Source: Hydrolagus colliei (Eukaryota). Taken from it: a stretch of 64,000 bases of DNA. The notes under the pieces were generated by a model. It did not search any database. It was not told where the DNA came from and saw only the letters and a program-made list of their open reading frames with translations. Position 1 is the first letter of the stretch. Every line of letters begins with the position of its first letter. The position numbers and the translations under genes were made by a program. Of this stretch, positions 23,126 to 37,494 are shown piece after piece. Where the stretch lies: the NCBI GenBank assembly GCA_035084275.1, contig CM068749.1:15190001-15254000 (forward strand). Reading direction: 5' to 3'.

Positions 23126-26100
23126 AGAATTAAAACCAACAAAATCCTAATCTTTTTAATTGCTCTTCCAAGTGGTGGTGTTTTAGTTGAAAGATTTGGA
23201 GAGTGTATATTTGGGTACTTAAAGGCCTAGGGATTTGTCCTGTTCTTAGATGGAGGTAAAGAAGGTGCCTTTCAGTTGTAATTCCCATTCTCCACAGTGC
23301 ACTGCTAACCAACATTTCAACTTTTAGATAAGTCGTATTTTCCTTTTGCCTCTGGTTCAAGCACATGATTAGTGACGATATGGTTCAGTGGGATGCCATG
23401 GAAAGATTTAACCTATAGGCAAGTATTAAGTCTGACGGCTTTATTTGTTCTGTTGTATGAACATGTCAAACTCCAACATTCCTTCTATGCTAGGCAACTG
23501 CATTCACTATTATCATATGAGGCTGCTCTGCCAGTCAGGTTATTTAGCTTCATTAGTGATGTGTTCATTGAATGAACCTTGAATAACATGACAATCTCTT
23601 CACTTAATTCGATCAGCAATTGCACTAAATGATTTGCCAAATTAGCTTTCCTACTCTTTGGATGAGACCATTCACTTCATGAATCAGCTCAGCGCCTCTT
23701 TTTCAATAGAAGAACAAGCAATTCAAGATGGATAGCAAAGAATATGTAGCCATTGCCTGGCATAATTGAATTCAGAATAGGGGGATAGGAATGTGTGTAA
23801 AGGACCTTGTAAATCTATGGAAAAATGTCCAATTAAAGCTTTAAAATAGCTACATAGAATTAAGTTAATTGTTTGCAGAGCTCCAATGGAGGCACATGTG
23901 GAGAAGTGAGATAAAAGGACGGAACTTCAAAGAATATTTTTAAATGGTCAGCATTTCCAATTATATAACCGTGACCTCTTAGCATTGGCAATTAGATTTT
24001 TTTCTATCAACATCACAATAAATGTAGACATTCAAGCAACAAAGCCATAGAGAAGAGACCCTCAAGCTTTACGCTCACTTTGCCTGGGACATCAGGTAAA
24101 TTGGTCATTTCAGTTCATAGCTCTTTGTGCAAAATGGTTGCTGCGCTTCCCTTAAGTCATTACTCTGCTTTAGAAAGTTTCTTGCTGTAATGGAAACCTT
24201 TTATCTGCTTGGATTATTATTCTGAAAGTTGTAATATCATCACTTTTATGTCTTCCAAAGGTCACTTTAGGGCACTAGGACATGATTGAAACGTAGTGAA
24301 AAAATGCCTCTGAGCAGACCCAAGCCGAAGGGTTGCATGAAGGCATTGATTGTCTTTCTCCAAGAACCTTTATGTCCCTGTATATGGCTGCTGTGAAGTT
24401 AACTTATGTGGCTAACACTGCACCACCATTAGCTCCCAGTGTCGTTTTTTTTTCTCTCCCAAGTCGGCTCACTGTTCTACCTCTAGCTAAAAATAGTGAT
24501 TGATTTTTAAACAAAACATGAAGTGCTCTTCAGTAACCAGATAAAGATTTCTCACATATATAAATACAAAATAGTGAAAGAGTTTCATATTTAATATTTT
24601 TCAGTGAATATTTAATGCCAAGTCACCATAACAGAAATATTAAATCTGCGCTCTACTTTCCCTCGCTTGTCCGATTCGGATGATAATTAGCAAAGGATGG
24701 CACTAAGTTATAGTTAAGATGAGTTTTATGAGTTTTTAGACACAACTTTGGGAAAGTGGGAATGTGGCTCATCACACCAAGCTTGCCTTTAAATGTGTTT
24801 TGGCAGTTGGGGCTGCTGTGATAAATTCTATAAATTCACTATCATAGTTTGTTGACAAAAGAAGGTACAAAGGTTATTGTGCTTCAGGTAGCAAATTCAT
24901 CAATGTGAGCTAACTGCAATCCTTCCCCATTTGGTATGTTTTGTGGATTTGTCCCTGTGCACTTTGAAATAACTAAAGCAAATATTTTGCAAAAATTATG
25001 GAATGGAGCAGAAAGCAGTTAGCCAACATCATTGATGTTTTTTGTTTACCTGGAGTGTGAGGAGCTTGTTAAACTTCCAGCGAGCTAATTCTTGTAGTTA
25101 AGAAGAAAATGGAGGGGACGGAGCTAATCTGACCCATTCTGAGTATTTGGGGAAACAGGAGGAATAGCAAAGAAGCAAGAAGATAAAATGTGCACTTTCA
25201 CTCGAGTAATTCCATCACCTTTGTCCATCTTCCTGGAATTTGGAATTTGAAAATATTCAAGACAGAATTTAGGAAGTTAAAAGTGAAGATGAGTTAAAAC
25301 AAAATGTGTGCTTGTTCAGATAGTTTACCCTCACACAGAAGGTAAGAAACACGTGTGGCATTCTGATGGTTTGTGGTGATAACTATAGACGAATGCTGGT
25401 AATTGCCTTGGACAGTTGTTCTCTCGGAGTGTGTTCGCTTCAGTTCCTTGAACATAAAATTTGCATTAAAAGCTTAGTTATTCATTCTGGTAGCAATTTT
25501 CTCGTGCTCGTTGGTAGGGCAAATTTGCTATTTTGAGACACATAGTGCATGACAAAATTAAATTATAGGAAAACCGAGGAATACATTGTTTCAATCTTAT
25601 ATTGTTTCTTTTTTTCACCACTTGGTGCTTTTTGTGTGATTTAGAAAAAGTACTTTTCAGTCAACAACAGGGCAATTTCACTATTGAACATAAAGTGCTT
25701 AGGGGTTCAAAGCTCCATTTAATCTACATGAAATAATGGAAAGCATTGCACCAGGCTCACACAATATTAAAACTCAGAGACTATATCACTTCTGAACAAA
25801 TAATGAAATATCATTTCAGAATACTAAATCGTGGAGAGCAATATTTTATCAGTGTTGAATACCCAACACTTGAAAGTACACGCAGCAGTATGCACTGTTG
25901 TTGTTAAAGAAGCTGTATGAAAGTGCAACGCTTGATACATATTTTTACTGTTATTAAATTGTGTGCGCTACAATACTGTAGTTACACCTAGCCACTATAA
26001 AAGTGTTCTTACAAATATATATTTGTTGATGTCAGAGGCTAGAAATCATAAATACGGTTTAAATGAGTTGTAAAGCAGAGCTCATAAATGCATTACAAGG

Positions 26101-27289
26101 GAAGCTGATGAAGTGTCCAATTCTGATTCCCAGCATTGTAATTTCACATCTCCATGATGTTGTCAACAAGGATACATCGATTTGTGGAGTTCATCAGAAA
26201 GGTAGACTGCAGAGGGAATGAAGGCAATATTTTTTTTTAGCAGGTGCCTGCTGAAAGACAAGAGGGACGGAGAGGGAGGTACGAGTCATATCTCTCGGAG
26301 TTCAGATGACTTAAGTATTTTTTATATTGCCTTATCACGTTGAAGCACTTCAAAGTACTGCTCTGTTATTGCAGTGGTGTTAAATGTGGTGACTGCTTTG
26401 GAGGTAACATGGTAGTGTTTTGCACCAACAAGGTCCCACTAAGAGCCATGGTGCTGGGAGACACCCATCTTCAAGGAAAAATGAATCTGAGGTAATGAAT
26501 TAACTCATTGGGGGTACTTTTCATTATTCATATAACTGGTCACAATCAGTGGCAAAGGTGTTGAGGTTAATTATGTTTTAAAGAAGTCAATTTGTGACTC
26601 TTAATTAAAATGTTATTTGATTGCATCTGTTCTGAAGGTCTTGGACCTGTTTAGTGACAGATGTGCACAGAAACAACATGGAGCCCAGCTGTCTGCAAAC
26701 AATAATCTTCTAATCTCTCCTCCAGAGAGTCGATTACAATCCCATGGTAGGTAATGAAGTTGTGTCTAACGCACGACGCAAACACTTGACAAACCTACTG
26801 AGGACTACACCATGGTACAACATTAAATGAATCAAAACACCTCAAGTGCCACTTCAACCACATAAAAGATTCTCCTACATGGTGGCAGTATCAAGATCTT
26901 AATCAGTAAACTTGCACTGCTTGACCAGTCAGCAGGTACAGCAAAATGCACATAAATTGTATTCGTCTGAACAATAACATTTATTGTGATTTATGCAAAG
27001 GCCAATTTACTGGCTAGCTGTGTCAATTGTATAAAATTTGATTTAATCAATAATTTACACTGCGCATGTGTGATTCGATGCAGTTAGTGAGTGTGCGTAG
27101 GGTAGTTCATCATTGCAACCAGTAAGTGTGCGTACTTGGGCCAATACCATGTTTCCAATGATCAAACGTGTTTTGATCCATCACCAAATGCACACTCACC
27201 AGCAAACACGAGTCACGTTGATGAATTTGTACACTTCCTGGATTTGGGAGCATAGAATAAGGGTGAGAAAACTCACTTTGTGTGAGGAA

Positions 27290-27651
27290 TGCTTGCATAT
27301 ATGAAACAGAATCACTTGCTGGGATCAACATTTCCAAATGTGGCAGTTGCTCTCTCTGTATATTCTTCACACTACCAGTAACGGTTTGTGAAGGTGAACG
27401 CTCATTCTCGAAGACGAATCTCAAAACTCACTCGGATCAGGATAGATTGAATGCACTCACAATCATGTCTATTGAACACAATTTGACAGCTACACTAAGT
27501 TTTCTTTGATCATGTAGTTAAAGGTTTACAACTATAAAGTCATGCAAGAAAGTATTCTCAAAATATATTTTTGTGTATATTGCATACATAGTCCAGAGAG
27601 CCCCCAAATGTGATCCGTTTTAGGGTTCCCCAATCCCTTAATCTGGCCCTG
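27290..27651 (+). mobile_element. Degenerate hAT transposon 3' end: transposase C-terminal dimerisation domain plus right TIR
   Basis: ORF 27282-27509 reads IFFTLPVTVCEGERSFSK...QDRLNALTIMSIE, matching the hAT motif TLPVT-x-x-x-x-ERSFS...RLN-L; ends CTTAATCTGGCCCTG (reverse complement CAGGGCCAGATTAAG, Tip100-like TIR). May extend left to about 26600. Confidence 0.8.
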
Positions 27652-30089
27652 GTCACGCATGTTTCCTCTATGGCAGTATTTATGCCTCTGCAGTATTTCA
27701 TCTGAATACTGATATAATTGTCTGGCTGATGCCTAGCAGAGTTTGAAATCAGCCATATAAGTTCTGTTGTCACATTCACTGCCATTGGCAAAGTTTACCC
27801 AACTAGCAACTGTCAATGTTGTACATCAATTTTTTATTGCATGCCTATGCAACTGGGATACAGTCTGTGCTCAGTTGACTGTTAAGATCCCATGTCACTA
27901 ACTGAAAAGAGACAGCAATACCTCCTGATGTGCTGACTACCAATCTTCCAGATTAATTGGTCGTTCACTTCAAGGGTGTTGGGGGAACCTTAGAGGTCCA
28001 AATGACTGCTGGGCTTGCCTGCAAAATTGGCCACAACCGCTTGACAGTCATTTGCTTTGCGGCAAGTTTCAACGCAATAAATTGGTATAAAATGCAAGTT
28101 CATTCTTGAGGTATTGACAAACCACGAATCTAAATAAGAAATATACAGGAAAGGATACCTTGCTATTCTATTCTGTTTGCAGGGCAGTTTAGCGAATGAG
28201 CAACTACTTCATTTGGTAACTTTCATAAATTTGTCATGTTTTTCACCAATTTTATTTTTATTCAATTATTAATTTACAAAAGCTCTTTTCAATGACGGAT
28301 GTGAGTTTTACATGTAAATCAGATGACAGTACAAGTATAGAAGTAAATCATACATGTAAACCCGTAGTAGAGTTTATTTTTAAGTGCACAAGGCCAAATA
28401 TGCAAAACATACCAACAGGAGTAGAATAGCACTCAGCCAATGACAATATATGCTACATGCAGCATGCAGAGCAGAACAACCAGTGTGTGCTAAGCAGGGA
28501 CACAAGCAGGCGACTTGTTTGGCAGATTTAGATTGCATTATTTCACTAGAATCTTAAATCAGGTCTCTTCAATCTGTGGAGAACGATCACATATGGATTT
28601 GTAATAGCGTTCATGCTGTGATATGAATGTGAAATAAACTCATTGGGAACAAGACTCCATCTTCCCCAACATTTATCTTTGAAATACGTTGACAGGAACA
28701 GCCTAGAGGGTACTTTAATCACAAACATGGTGGGAGAAAATGTCATTAATTATACTGATGGATGTGGTCATTTAAATTTTTATAGTTACTTCTTCTTCGA
28801 AGAGAAAGAAGGAAGCATTGCAGCTTATGATGCTAATGATGCAGTTGGAGTCATTCAAATCATTAGTATCAAAATGTTGTATTATGAAATAAAATGCAAA
28901 TTTTCTAGATGTGGCACTTTAATGTGCAGAAATAATTGCAGTCTCTCATTGCTGGATGACTATGATTGCCATTTTGATGTAAGTATTTACAATCTGTTTA
29001 TTCAATCTGAAGTAATGATTGAGCCAAGATCTAAATCTGGGATGGTTGATGTGCTATAAAGGTTGCCTCCTCCATGGTCTCTTTTCTTCTACCTCAGTAA
29101 CTCTCATTAACAACAAAGAGGTTATTCTGCTCTTTTTGCAGAGTGGAGTAAATCTTATCAACTGCTCTTAAAATAGGAAATTCATTATAATGAATTATTG
29201 AAATACTTGCAGTTATGCATGGTGTTTCTACTGTTAAACAAAATCAGATATATGAGGTGATTCTCTGCTGGGTGGTAAATTTATCGACCATGGTGAGGGG
29301 AGCTCTCCTTTAAGCTCTTTCTGCCGAGGTCAATAGATTTACTGACCGGCAAAATATCACCTCAATCTGAGTGACCAGGAAAGCTTGTGGCAATTTATTT
29401 ACCGAGATATGGCAAAGCATGACATTTCACCATAAAAGATTTCAGTCATGCTTCACTACAAGAAAAAAAATCCATTCAATTCTGATTCCTTCCTTTCAGC
29501 ACATTTGTCGGTACCATTATTGCATGCAGCATTGGAAGTTTTCTATTTGAATTTATAAATGTTGTAAGTTGCTGCTAAAATTTGTATTTGAGGGAATTTC
29601 TAGTATTTTTCCTTGCACTTGGTTTGAGAATTCTGTATCTCACATAGAAAATAACATCAATATCAAAATGATTCAGCTCATATTAATCAATGGCCAAGTA
29701 ATGGTGCATTGGCAAAGAATGGCAATATGAATTGAAATTGCTATTTAAGAGAATATTCCAAGTAATGCGTTTAATTTTGCGAAGATTCTACTGTGAGTGA
29801 GCTAGTTTAATAAAGCTATAACATACATTTTTTCACGCAAGAAACTGAGCTTAATTTTTGCAGGAATGAAAATTAGGTTTCATCCTGTGACTTAAAACAT
29901 GAATATGTGACTTTAACTGCATCAGTGTTGCTTTGGTTTGTAAACAAAACAGGATAAATAAAAAATAAGTAGTAATCACCAAATTGGTTTTGTAGTAAGT
30001 ATTTAAATAAGGTTTAAATCTACCAACATAATGCAAAGTTCTTACATTATATAACAAATGCTGCCAATATCTATCCCAAATAGATTCCA

Positions 30090-30340
30090 ATTGGAATCAT
30101 CCTAATATAGTTCAAGGCAGCAGAGATTTAACATTGTAAAGGGCAATTAGGAAGTATTTATTTGCCCAGAAGGTAATTAAAAACAGGTCACCAGAAAGGG
30201 TGGTCAAGGCCAGAATGCTGATCTTAATTAAAAACAATTTGATGCTGTAATGCAATGATAGTGTGGGTATCCTGGAAGGATGTGATTAATTAGCTGTAAG
30301 GCCTTTCTCATCTGGTCCTCCTAAGTGATCTTGTGAAGTC
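30090..30340 (+). mobile_element. Old CR1 3' fragment
   Basis: AGATTTAACATTGTAAAGGGCAA...TTTGCCCAGAAGGTAATTAA...AGGGTGGTCAAGGC...GGCCTTTCTCATC. Confidence 0.55.
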
Positions 30341-33300
30341 TCATTGCATAGGATGCTTCATAATGGTATTGCCACCAAGATAGAACTCACCCAGTAAAGA
30401 GAGTGCATGACAGTCAATTAGAAGAAAACAACTGCAAGTCTCAACTGATGCAGATGTAAGGCTCTGGTGGAGTAGGTGGGTTTGAATATCAGTCAGCGTA
30501 TCTTCAAGATCAGCGTGTTGTAGCAGAAGTAGGATATGCTCAATTGGTCAACCGTGCAATGTGTGCATCAGACTGGATCTAGTCCAACGAGCAGAAGGGA
30601 ATGTGTATACGGGAAACTTACCATACCGACGTACAGCCTGGTATATCATGGTGTATCTTTTAAACCAGCATTTTAACACAGCATATTGTGTGTGCAACAG
30701 TAGAGAAGATTAGAGAATAATGAAAATGAGAGGATTTTCAGCTGCATTTCTGCTGTCGGAAATTTTGCAGAAATAAATCCTCTTGTGGGGTTGGTTTAGC
30801 CTGGTCAGAAACTCATTAAAACCCTTTTAAAATTATATTATGAATCCCTTAGTTTCGAGTTCTTCCTATACACAAGCTGGTGACACAGACTTGGATAGCA
30901 CATTTCAATGTATCTCAAATTGATGATACAGTCTGAATTAAAATATGGAATTTTGTACATTTAGAACAATGTCTTATACTTTTAAATCTTCAGACATAAC
31001 CTATGTAAGCTTCCAAATGTTGAAAACGCATAAATTGGTTAATTTTAAAAAAATGCCAATTCTCTCCTCCTTACACAATCTGATCTCTTATGAAACCTGA
31101 CACCAAAGAGTTCAGCTTCGAGGCTCTGGAACGAGCAGACACACTGGGGTAAAACTTCATATGCACTGGGGAGTCTGATAAGGGATAAATCCAATTTGTT
31201 TGTTGTATCCTGATGCCAGGATCTTCCAACTGGTTCATCACATTCCTACTTGCATCAATGTTTTATAAGAACAGCAGAAAACTATTACAGATCCCTGGGT
31301 GATTGGTGTGGTCACATACCAGTTCACTCATGATTGCATTTCAATTGAATTTTTTTGTTTATTTAATATTCAATATGCTTGGTTATATTTTGTTCTAGAG
31401 TGCTGTGTAGATATAGAATAAAAGTCATTAGATACATTTTCAGCCTGCGGCCTCCTGTCAGGCAGCTATAAAAACTCATTTCACTCAAACACCTCCTTTA
31501 CATGCATATTTATGCATTTTCTGATCATGATGATAAATAACAATCCTCATGAAAGGTGACTTTGCTTCTGTGCATTGTTTGTAACATAGAGAACCTTTGG
31601 GAAACCAGCAAACTCGCACAACTTGTTTGTGTTCATTCTTATTGTCATTCAATTTTTCGAGAAATTGATTTGTGTGTCTGCTCTCTTCATTAATATAACT
31701 ATAACCCTCCGGATATATCCGACACATGACGACTTGATTGTTGCCTGTGAAACTGTTAGATGGAGCCTGGAAGGTGCCAGCAAAGTAGAATGTGATGATC
31801 TAAAATGCACATCCAAATTACACCACCTATTACTCACCCATCATTGTTGAAACAGAATGTAATGGTTGCATTTTTGTTTATTAACGCCAACACACTCTCT
31901 TTTTCACTGTAATTTAGTGCTGCAATGGGACTGAATTTTATATTGCCCAGTGGCAAAATCACTGAGGGAAAATATGATAAGTAATTCTGACAGTAATTGT
32001 AGCTCAAAATCATAGTAACTTTGGGCATTTGGAATGGTTACTGCTTGCCAGTAGATTGATATCAGTAGGACACCTACGTTTCCCTATAATGTCTGAAAAG
32101 TTTACAATGAAATAGTTAAATGGAGTAATCTATCATCCTGCTCCAGTGGTCCGCTGCAGAAAATGTTCGCTATTACACTGAAAAAATTGGAAACAATGCT
32201 TCGAGACAAAGGAAATTGATACTTTGGTCATTTGTATTCTGCAGTCAATTTGGTTACATTTTCAAAGCTACCGTATGACCACAAAGTTAAAAAAAAAGAA
32301 AGGTAACTGAATAAGTAGATATATCTCAGTGTCTTCCCTTCACAAATCTATTTTCCACCTGAGTTGCAATATCAACAAAAGCCAATCTGAAATATTATTG
32401 CTTTGGTGCATTGAGCAGTAACAGAAGTAAAGGTTTCAATGTAATTTCTTGATGTATTTCAGTGCTGGAAGACAAGCATGAAGTTCTCATATTAGATGTG
32501 TCGCAGGAGTTAGGAGCAAATGTATTGCAATTGTTAGATCAATAAAAAAAGAGAAAAATTGGTTAGGACAGAGAAAAATCAGCACCAACTTTGTCCACTA
32601 GATTCAATATTTGAGCCTAAATTATCAAAATAATGCTTAATCAAAAGATATTCCCAGGAGATGACTGAGAATAGCACATGTAAGATTGAGGATAGGAGTA
32701 ATGGCTTTACACAGTACTAATTAATGTGATCGCCTGTAAAATAATTTCAAATCAATCCTTATATTCACTGTTGTTGGTTATATAGTAGGTTGGCCTACAC
32801 TAAGTAGAGGTGTAGTATCTAACAATTTGATGTTACTCTATATCTGCCAGAACAAGAACAAATAATATCAGGACTCGTATTATAAAGTGTCTTACTTGGC
32901 ATCGCAAGAATCAATGCAAATATGGTACTAAAATTTTACTTTATGATTCTATTTTACTTTATGACTCCTGGGTTTGTGTTTTGCATTATTTATGGTTCAT
33001 TCAGCGGGGTCTGATTTAAGGGTCCCACATAACAATGCAAACACAAGACCAGACCCTCAGTTAAATTATATAATCCTTAGTTCATTTGTGAAGGTAAAAT
33101 GAGGGTTTGGTGTGAGAAAGGGAGAATGTATTGATTAAGGGGTGGAGGAGGAAGAGAGAAACAGCAATATTACATTGTGGGAGAAAGTATATGTATATGT
33201 GCGTTTGAGACTTTGCAAGACTAAAATTTGAGTGTGGATTTTTGGAATCAGATAGTTATTCGGTGCGGTTGTGAGGTGTATCAAAGTATCCGACATTGTC

Positions 33301-33384
33301 CCTTACATTGTTATTCTTTTAGTTTATCAGTCTTGGTCATCATAGCCTTCACCCCAAGATGTTCTTGGCGAAAAATAATCTACT

Positions 33385-33728
33385 CTTGCCTCACTTGCTC
33401 GCCTAGCCCTTCCGCTTGACAATCTGTCCCTGTTTGACGTCTTTCAGGGATCCCTCTCTGCCCACCACTGGTGGCCACGCCTTCAGCCACAAAGTTGCTA
33501 ACCTCTGGAATCCTTTCCCTTAATCTCTGTGCCTTGACCCCTCTTCTATTGTCTTTAAACGCTTCCTGATAACATACCTCATTGACTGTGCTTATGGGCA
33601 CCTCCCTCCTTCCCCTTCTCTTCACCCTCCCTCCCTCCTTCACTGCTTGGTGTCCAGCACAGTCTCTGTAAAGCATTGTTGAGCTTTCACTGTATGTGAA
33701 AGGCACTCTATAAATACAGGTTGTTGTT
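33385..33728 (+). mobile_element. Older L2 3' fragment
   Basis: GGTGGCCACGCCTTCAGCCAC...CTCTGGAATC...TTTAAACGCTTCCTGATAACATACCTC; tail GTGAAAGGCACTCTATAAATACAGGTTGTTGTT. Confidence 0.8.
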
Positions 33729-34239
33729 CTTACTTTTTAACGTTCCATTGTTCCCTTTTCACCATGTTTTGTTGTATGGTAACAATTTCAGACAGGAACA
33801 GGCCATCGATCCATCTCGCTTGCCTTTCGTTTTTAAAAGAACACCATTTGTTCTTCCTCTCGATTTATTCTCAATCTCTGTCTTTCTTTTCAAGTCCAGT
33901 TTAGCCTTTCTCTCCATTAACTTGCAGTTTGCTGTAACATTTCCTTTGCTGCTGTTTGGAACGATGTCTTCTTAAGGTACTGATTGACCTGAGCATCTCT
34001 CTGGGCTGAACTGGCTCTCTGAGTTCCGCAATAAGCGAAGGCAAACTTGGATGTGTGCACCTAACTCTGCAAGATAATTCCCTGACAGGTACGTAGGTAC
34101 GTAAGTAGGCTGGACAAATACAAGGTTAGCAGGGTCACTCACTCCCCAGCATATTTTAAATTTTGGCCAGGACGAGCCCAACAGCTTGCACTTATTTAGC
34201 GTTCCTTATGTAGGATTGGGTGCTTGACTGTGGCAGAGC

Positions 34240-34415
34240 ACTGAAATCAATTGTAGATGTTCTCCACTGTCTTGTGCGAGTCTGGTCTGTGCTGTGTGTT
34301 GATTTCAATGGGAGTCCTGTCATTTCCTTCAGCATTTCCTAGCCCTGGGTAAGGAGCAGGCAAGCTTCGCAGACCTGATTGCTATTCCAGTCACTGCGCT
34401 GGAATGTGGGAGGTT
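34240..34415 (+). mobile_element. Ancient SINE remnant, AmnSINE2-like (family name from memory)
   Basis: CTGGTCTGTGCTG...CCCTGGGTAAGGAG...CCTGATTGCTATTCCAGTCACTGCGCTGGAATGTG; weaker related patches near 3100-3175 (-), 6010-6160 (-) and 12170-12230 (+). Confidence 0.45.
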
Positions 34416-34570
34416 GATTTCCTTTTTCCCCACTCAGATGATAATTTTTCTTTCCTCACTCATGTTTGGTGTGTGCATTTACAGCTTTTATTTTTTCTGT
34501 TTAATTATTCAGTGTATATATATATATAAATTGACTCTTAGCTGTCTTTTTGCTTTTGTGCATCCTTCTT

Positions 34571-34848
34571 GGAGTCCTGTAGCTCAGCGGTTAGAGCACT
34601 TGCCTTACAAGCGTGAGACCTGGGTTCGATTCCAGGCAGGTTCAAATCGAACTCCACAAGCCTGATAATAATCCCTCAAAAAAGGAATAATTTGATCATT
34701 TCAATCCACAACTTCTGTGTGCAATTGGCCACTGTGTTTCGCCCACATATATACAGTCAATTCACTTTACAGTACATTCCGCGAAGTGCTTTGTGATGTC
34801 TAGAAGACGTGAAAAGTGCCACATCAAATGCAAGGATTAGTATTATTA
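34571..34848 (+). mobile_element. tRNA-derived SINE of the same family, with internal deletions
   Basis: GGAGTCCTGTAGCTCAGCGGTTAGAGCAC...GGTTCGATTCCAGG head; body and tail shared with the 16767 copy; ends CAAATGCAAGGATTAGTATTATTA. Confidence 0.9.
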
Positions 34849-36468
34849 TATTTTTTAGTTCACCCATGCTTTTCCCATCTCGTTTCTTCACATCTTTCTT
34901 TGCTGTAAGCTTCCCTCTTGCCTTTACACTTTCAATGTGTCTGCTTATATTTCTGATCTGTATTTTTCCTCTGTCACTTTCATCTCAATTTTCGATTCTT
35001 CACTTTGCCATTTTTGTCACATGCAACATCGCAGCTCCATATCTCTATTATTTCAAGCATCTCTCTTGGAAAAGGTGTCCAGTATCTATATGTTTTTTGG
35101 ATGATACTCTTTACCAACTATTGACTTCCTTGCTGTCACACAGAGCCTTTGCAACTCTGAATCATTCTTATTCCTTTCTCTGTTGCTCTGTACCTATCCA
35201 AAAGTACAGCAGCCGTTAAATTACCGAGCCTCATATGTAACCTAATATCTTGGGCTATAGGATGCAATCTTGTCCTATAAAGATCTGAAGTACTGTATTA
35301 GGATTAGGGAGACCTTGAGATGGATAAACATCTCTTTATTTCAGGTTAAATGACCAACCACTTAAGTTGAAAATTATTGCTGCAGCCTGTTTTTGTTTTG
35401 CAGGCCTTATGCTACCTACAACAACAGTTTACATAACACCTTTCTTGGCCGGAGGACATCTCAAAGCTCTTTACAGAGATGATTGAGCAAACGAGCTGAG
35501 GAGATGAGTTGGCATACATACAATACCCATGCTTCATATTTATACTGTTGGCACTACATAGCGATGAAGTAAGAGATTGTAAAATCATCTTAACATGAGC
35601 CAAACCCTCCCAAAAAACATTGAACAGAATTGAAATTACACTTGACATTTTTTTTTAAACACATCAAAGCATACACTTCACATAAAAAATGTGCTGGGTG
35701 GATAATTATGCAATGTTTACATGCAAGTCTACAATGTTTACATGTCTATCTCAACCAAATCTATAAGAAGTTGTTGAAGTAAAGGGATGTATTATCTATC
35801 CTCGGACCTCTCTAAACCCAAGGCAAATCTTTTGTGGTAAGACATAGTTGTGTGCATTGGAATTTATGTATACATCATTATTAAAGATTATTTTCAAATC
35901 TGTGTAATCTCATAGATATACAACTTTGAGCTGTCAGCAGCTACCAAAACCATCCACTGAATTTCTCACAAATCTCATGCCCATTTGGTTGCATTCCTGA
36001 TTCTTTAATAATATTAAAACAGTAGTCGGAGTTTGGCATCAGTCAGCGGAGACATACATTTATTTACTTTTGCATTCACACATGCGGTTAGTTCTACATG
36101 CATTTATTTGCACATGTGCTCGGTTGAATACATTCAAAGGCCACTTCTCAATCTGAATTATTTGGTGAAGGAAATAGAAATCAGATCGCTCACTCTGATC
36201 CATCCAAATCCTTCCTTCAGAAACAGTTTTGACCAAAGAGAATGGACTGTGGTAGCAGATTTTCCCTTTTAACCCGATCACCTGAAGGATGTGGGCATGT
36301 ACATGATGGGAGTCCAAGCAGTTTGACGATTAATTGAAGAACCTTTGACTAATCTCCAGGCTGATAGCTGCTGAATGCTGAGTTCATTGCTAGTTCAGGC
36401 TGAGCAAGGCTTTTCCAGGCCGAGTAACCCAGGTGTCCAACGTGAAAGTGGCTGAACCAGGGTCTGAA

Positions 36469-36529
36469 CCATTGGTATCTTCTGGATATTTTATTATTCC
36501 ATTGGTATCTTCTGGATATTTTATTATTC
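36469..36529. repeat. Perfect 30-bp tandem duplication
   Basis: CCATTGGTATCTTCTGGATATTTTATTATT x2. Confidence 0.95.
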
Positions 36530-37406
36530 TAACACAATGCCATCAGATTCTTTCACATTCATTCGGATGTTCACAGTTTGTAAAATTGTTGACCAGGTTT
36601 CAATCCAGTTCTTAGTTGAGCCTAACACAAAACCAGTTTTTTGTTCCAAGCAACAACTCCTTTCAGCAAGCAATAATGGCTGGATAACACTGCTGGGATA
36701 ACAGTGCTGGGCTGCGGGAACACTTCTCAACTTCACTTGGGAATACAAACCTAATAGGCTTTATTCTGCTTCTAATCAATTGTTCTTGATGTGGAAATAC
36801 TCAACCTTGATGCCTAAAAGGAGAACGTGTTCAATTCCCCAGCACTAATATCCAGAGAAACATCTGCTACTGCCTAGATAACATAAGAATTTGGTACTTC
36901 AGCTATTCAGTGGAATGTGTCTGACCATAAGCATGAGACAGAACGAGGATTTGTCCAATACAAAGCAATCATCTCACTCTGTAGTAATCTAATTTCTCAA
37001 ATTCATCACCTCTTTCTAAGTGTTGGTCTGATTACATATTTTGTATTGTATCAAACCATTCCATTCAGGCATCAAACTCAATGTACTGCCAGCTCTGAAA
37101 GGTACCCATTTGCTTCTATAACCCACAAAGTAAGAGAATCTGATGTTTCATTCATTGTTGTGAGGCAAACAAGCTACATTTTCATGTAACTGTCGCTTGA
37201 TGCATCACACTACAGTATTACTTTACTTTCCTGTTTGCCATTGATGATCAACTCATAAATGAGTGATTGTGGGCGAGTTGAGTGTAAACAGAATGATGTA
37301 TTATGTTCCATGTTTGACATTACATTAGACTTTGGATTTAATAAAAACAACAGTTATGCTTAAGAAGGTCTGGTAGAAAAAGCTTGTAATAAAATGCACG
37401 TTAGAG

Positions 37407-37490
37407 TAATAATAATAGTAATCCTTGCATTTGATATAGCGCTTTTCATGTCTTCTAGACATCTCAAAACACTTCACAGAATATACTGTA
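37407..37490 (-). mobile_element. SINE tail fragment abutting an L2 fragment
   Basis: (AAT)n-CCTTGCATTTGATATAGCGCTTTTCATGTCTTCTAGACATCTCAAA...CACAGAATATACTGTA. Confidence 0.85.
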
Positions 37491-37494
37491 GTAG

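Noticed and set aside
34571-34645. Cloverleaf-like sequence with A/B boxes and apparent TAC anticodon, as a tRNA gene
   Set aside because: It continues into SINE body and tail, stems are mismatched, and the anticodon differs among copies (TAC here, TAA at 16800, CGC at 9960); it is a SINE head.
36469-36529. CRISPR-like 30-bp repeat
   Set aside because: Two adjacent units with no spacer, no cas genes, eukaryotic context.
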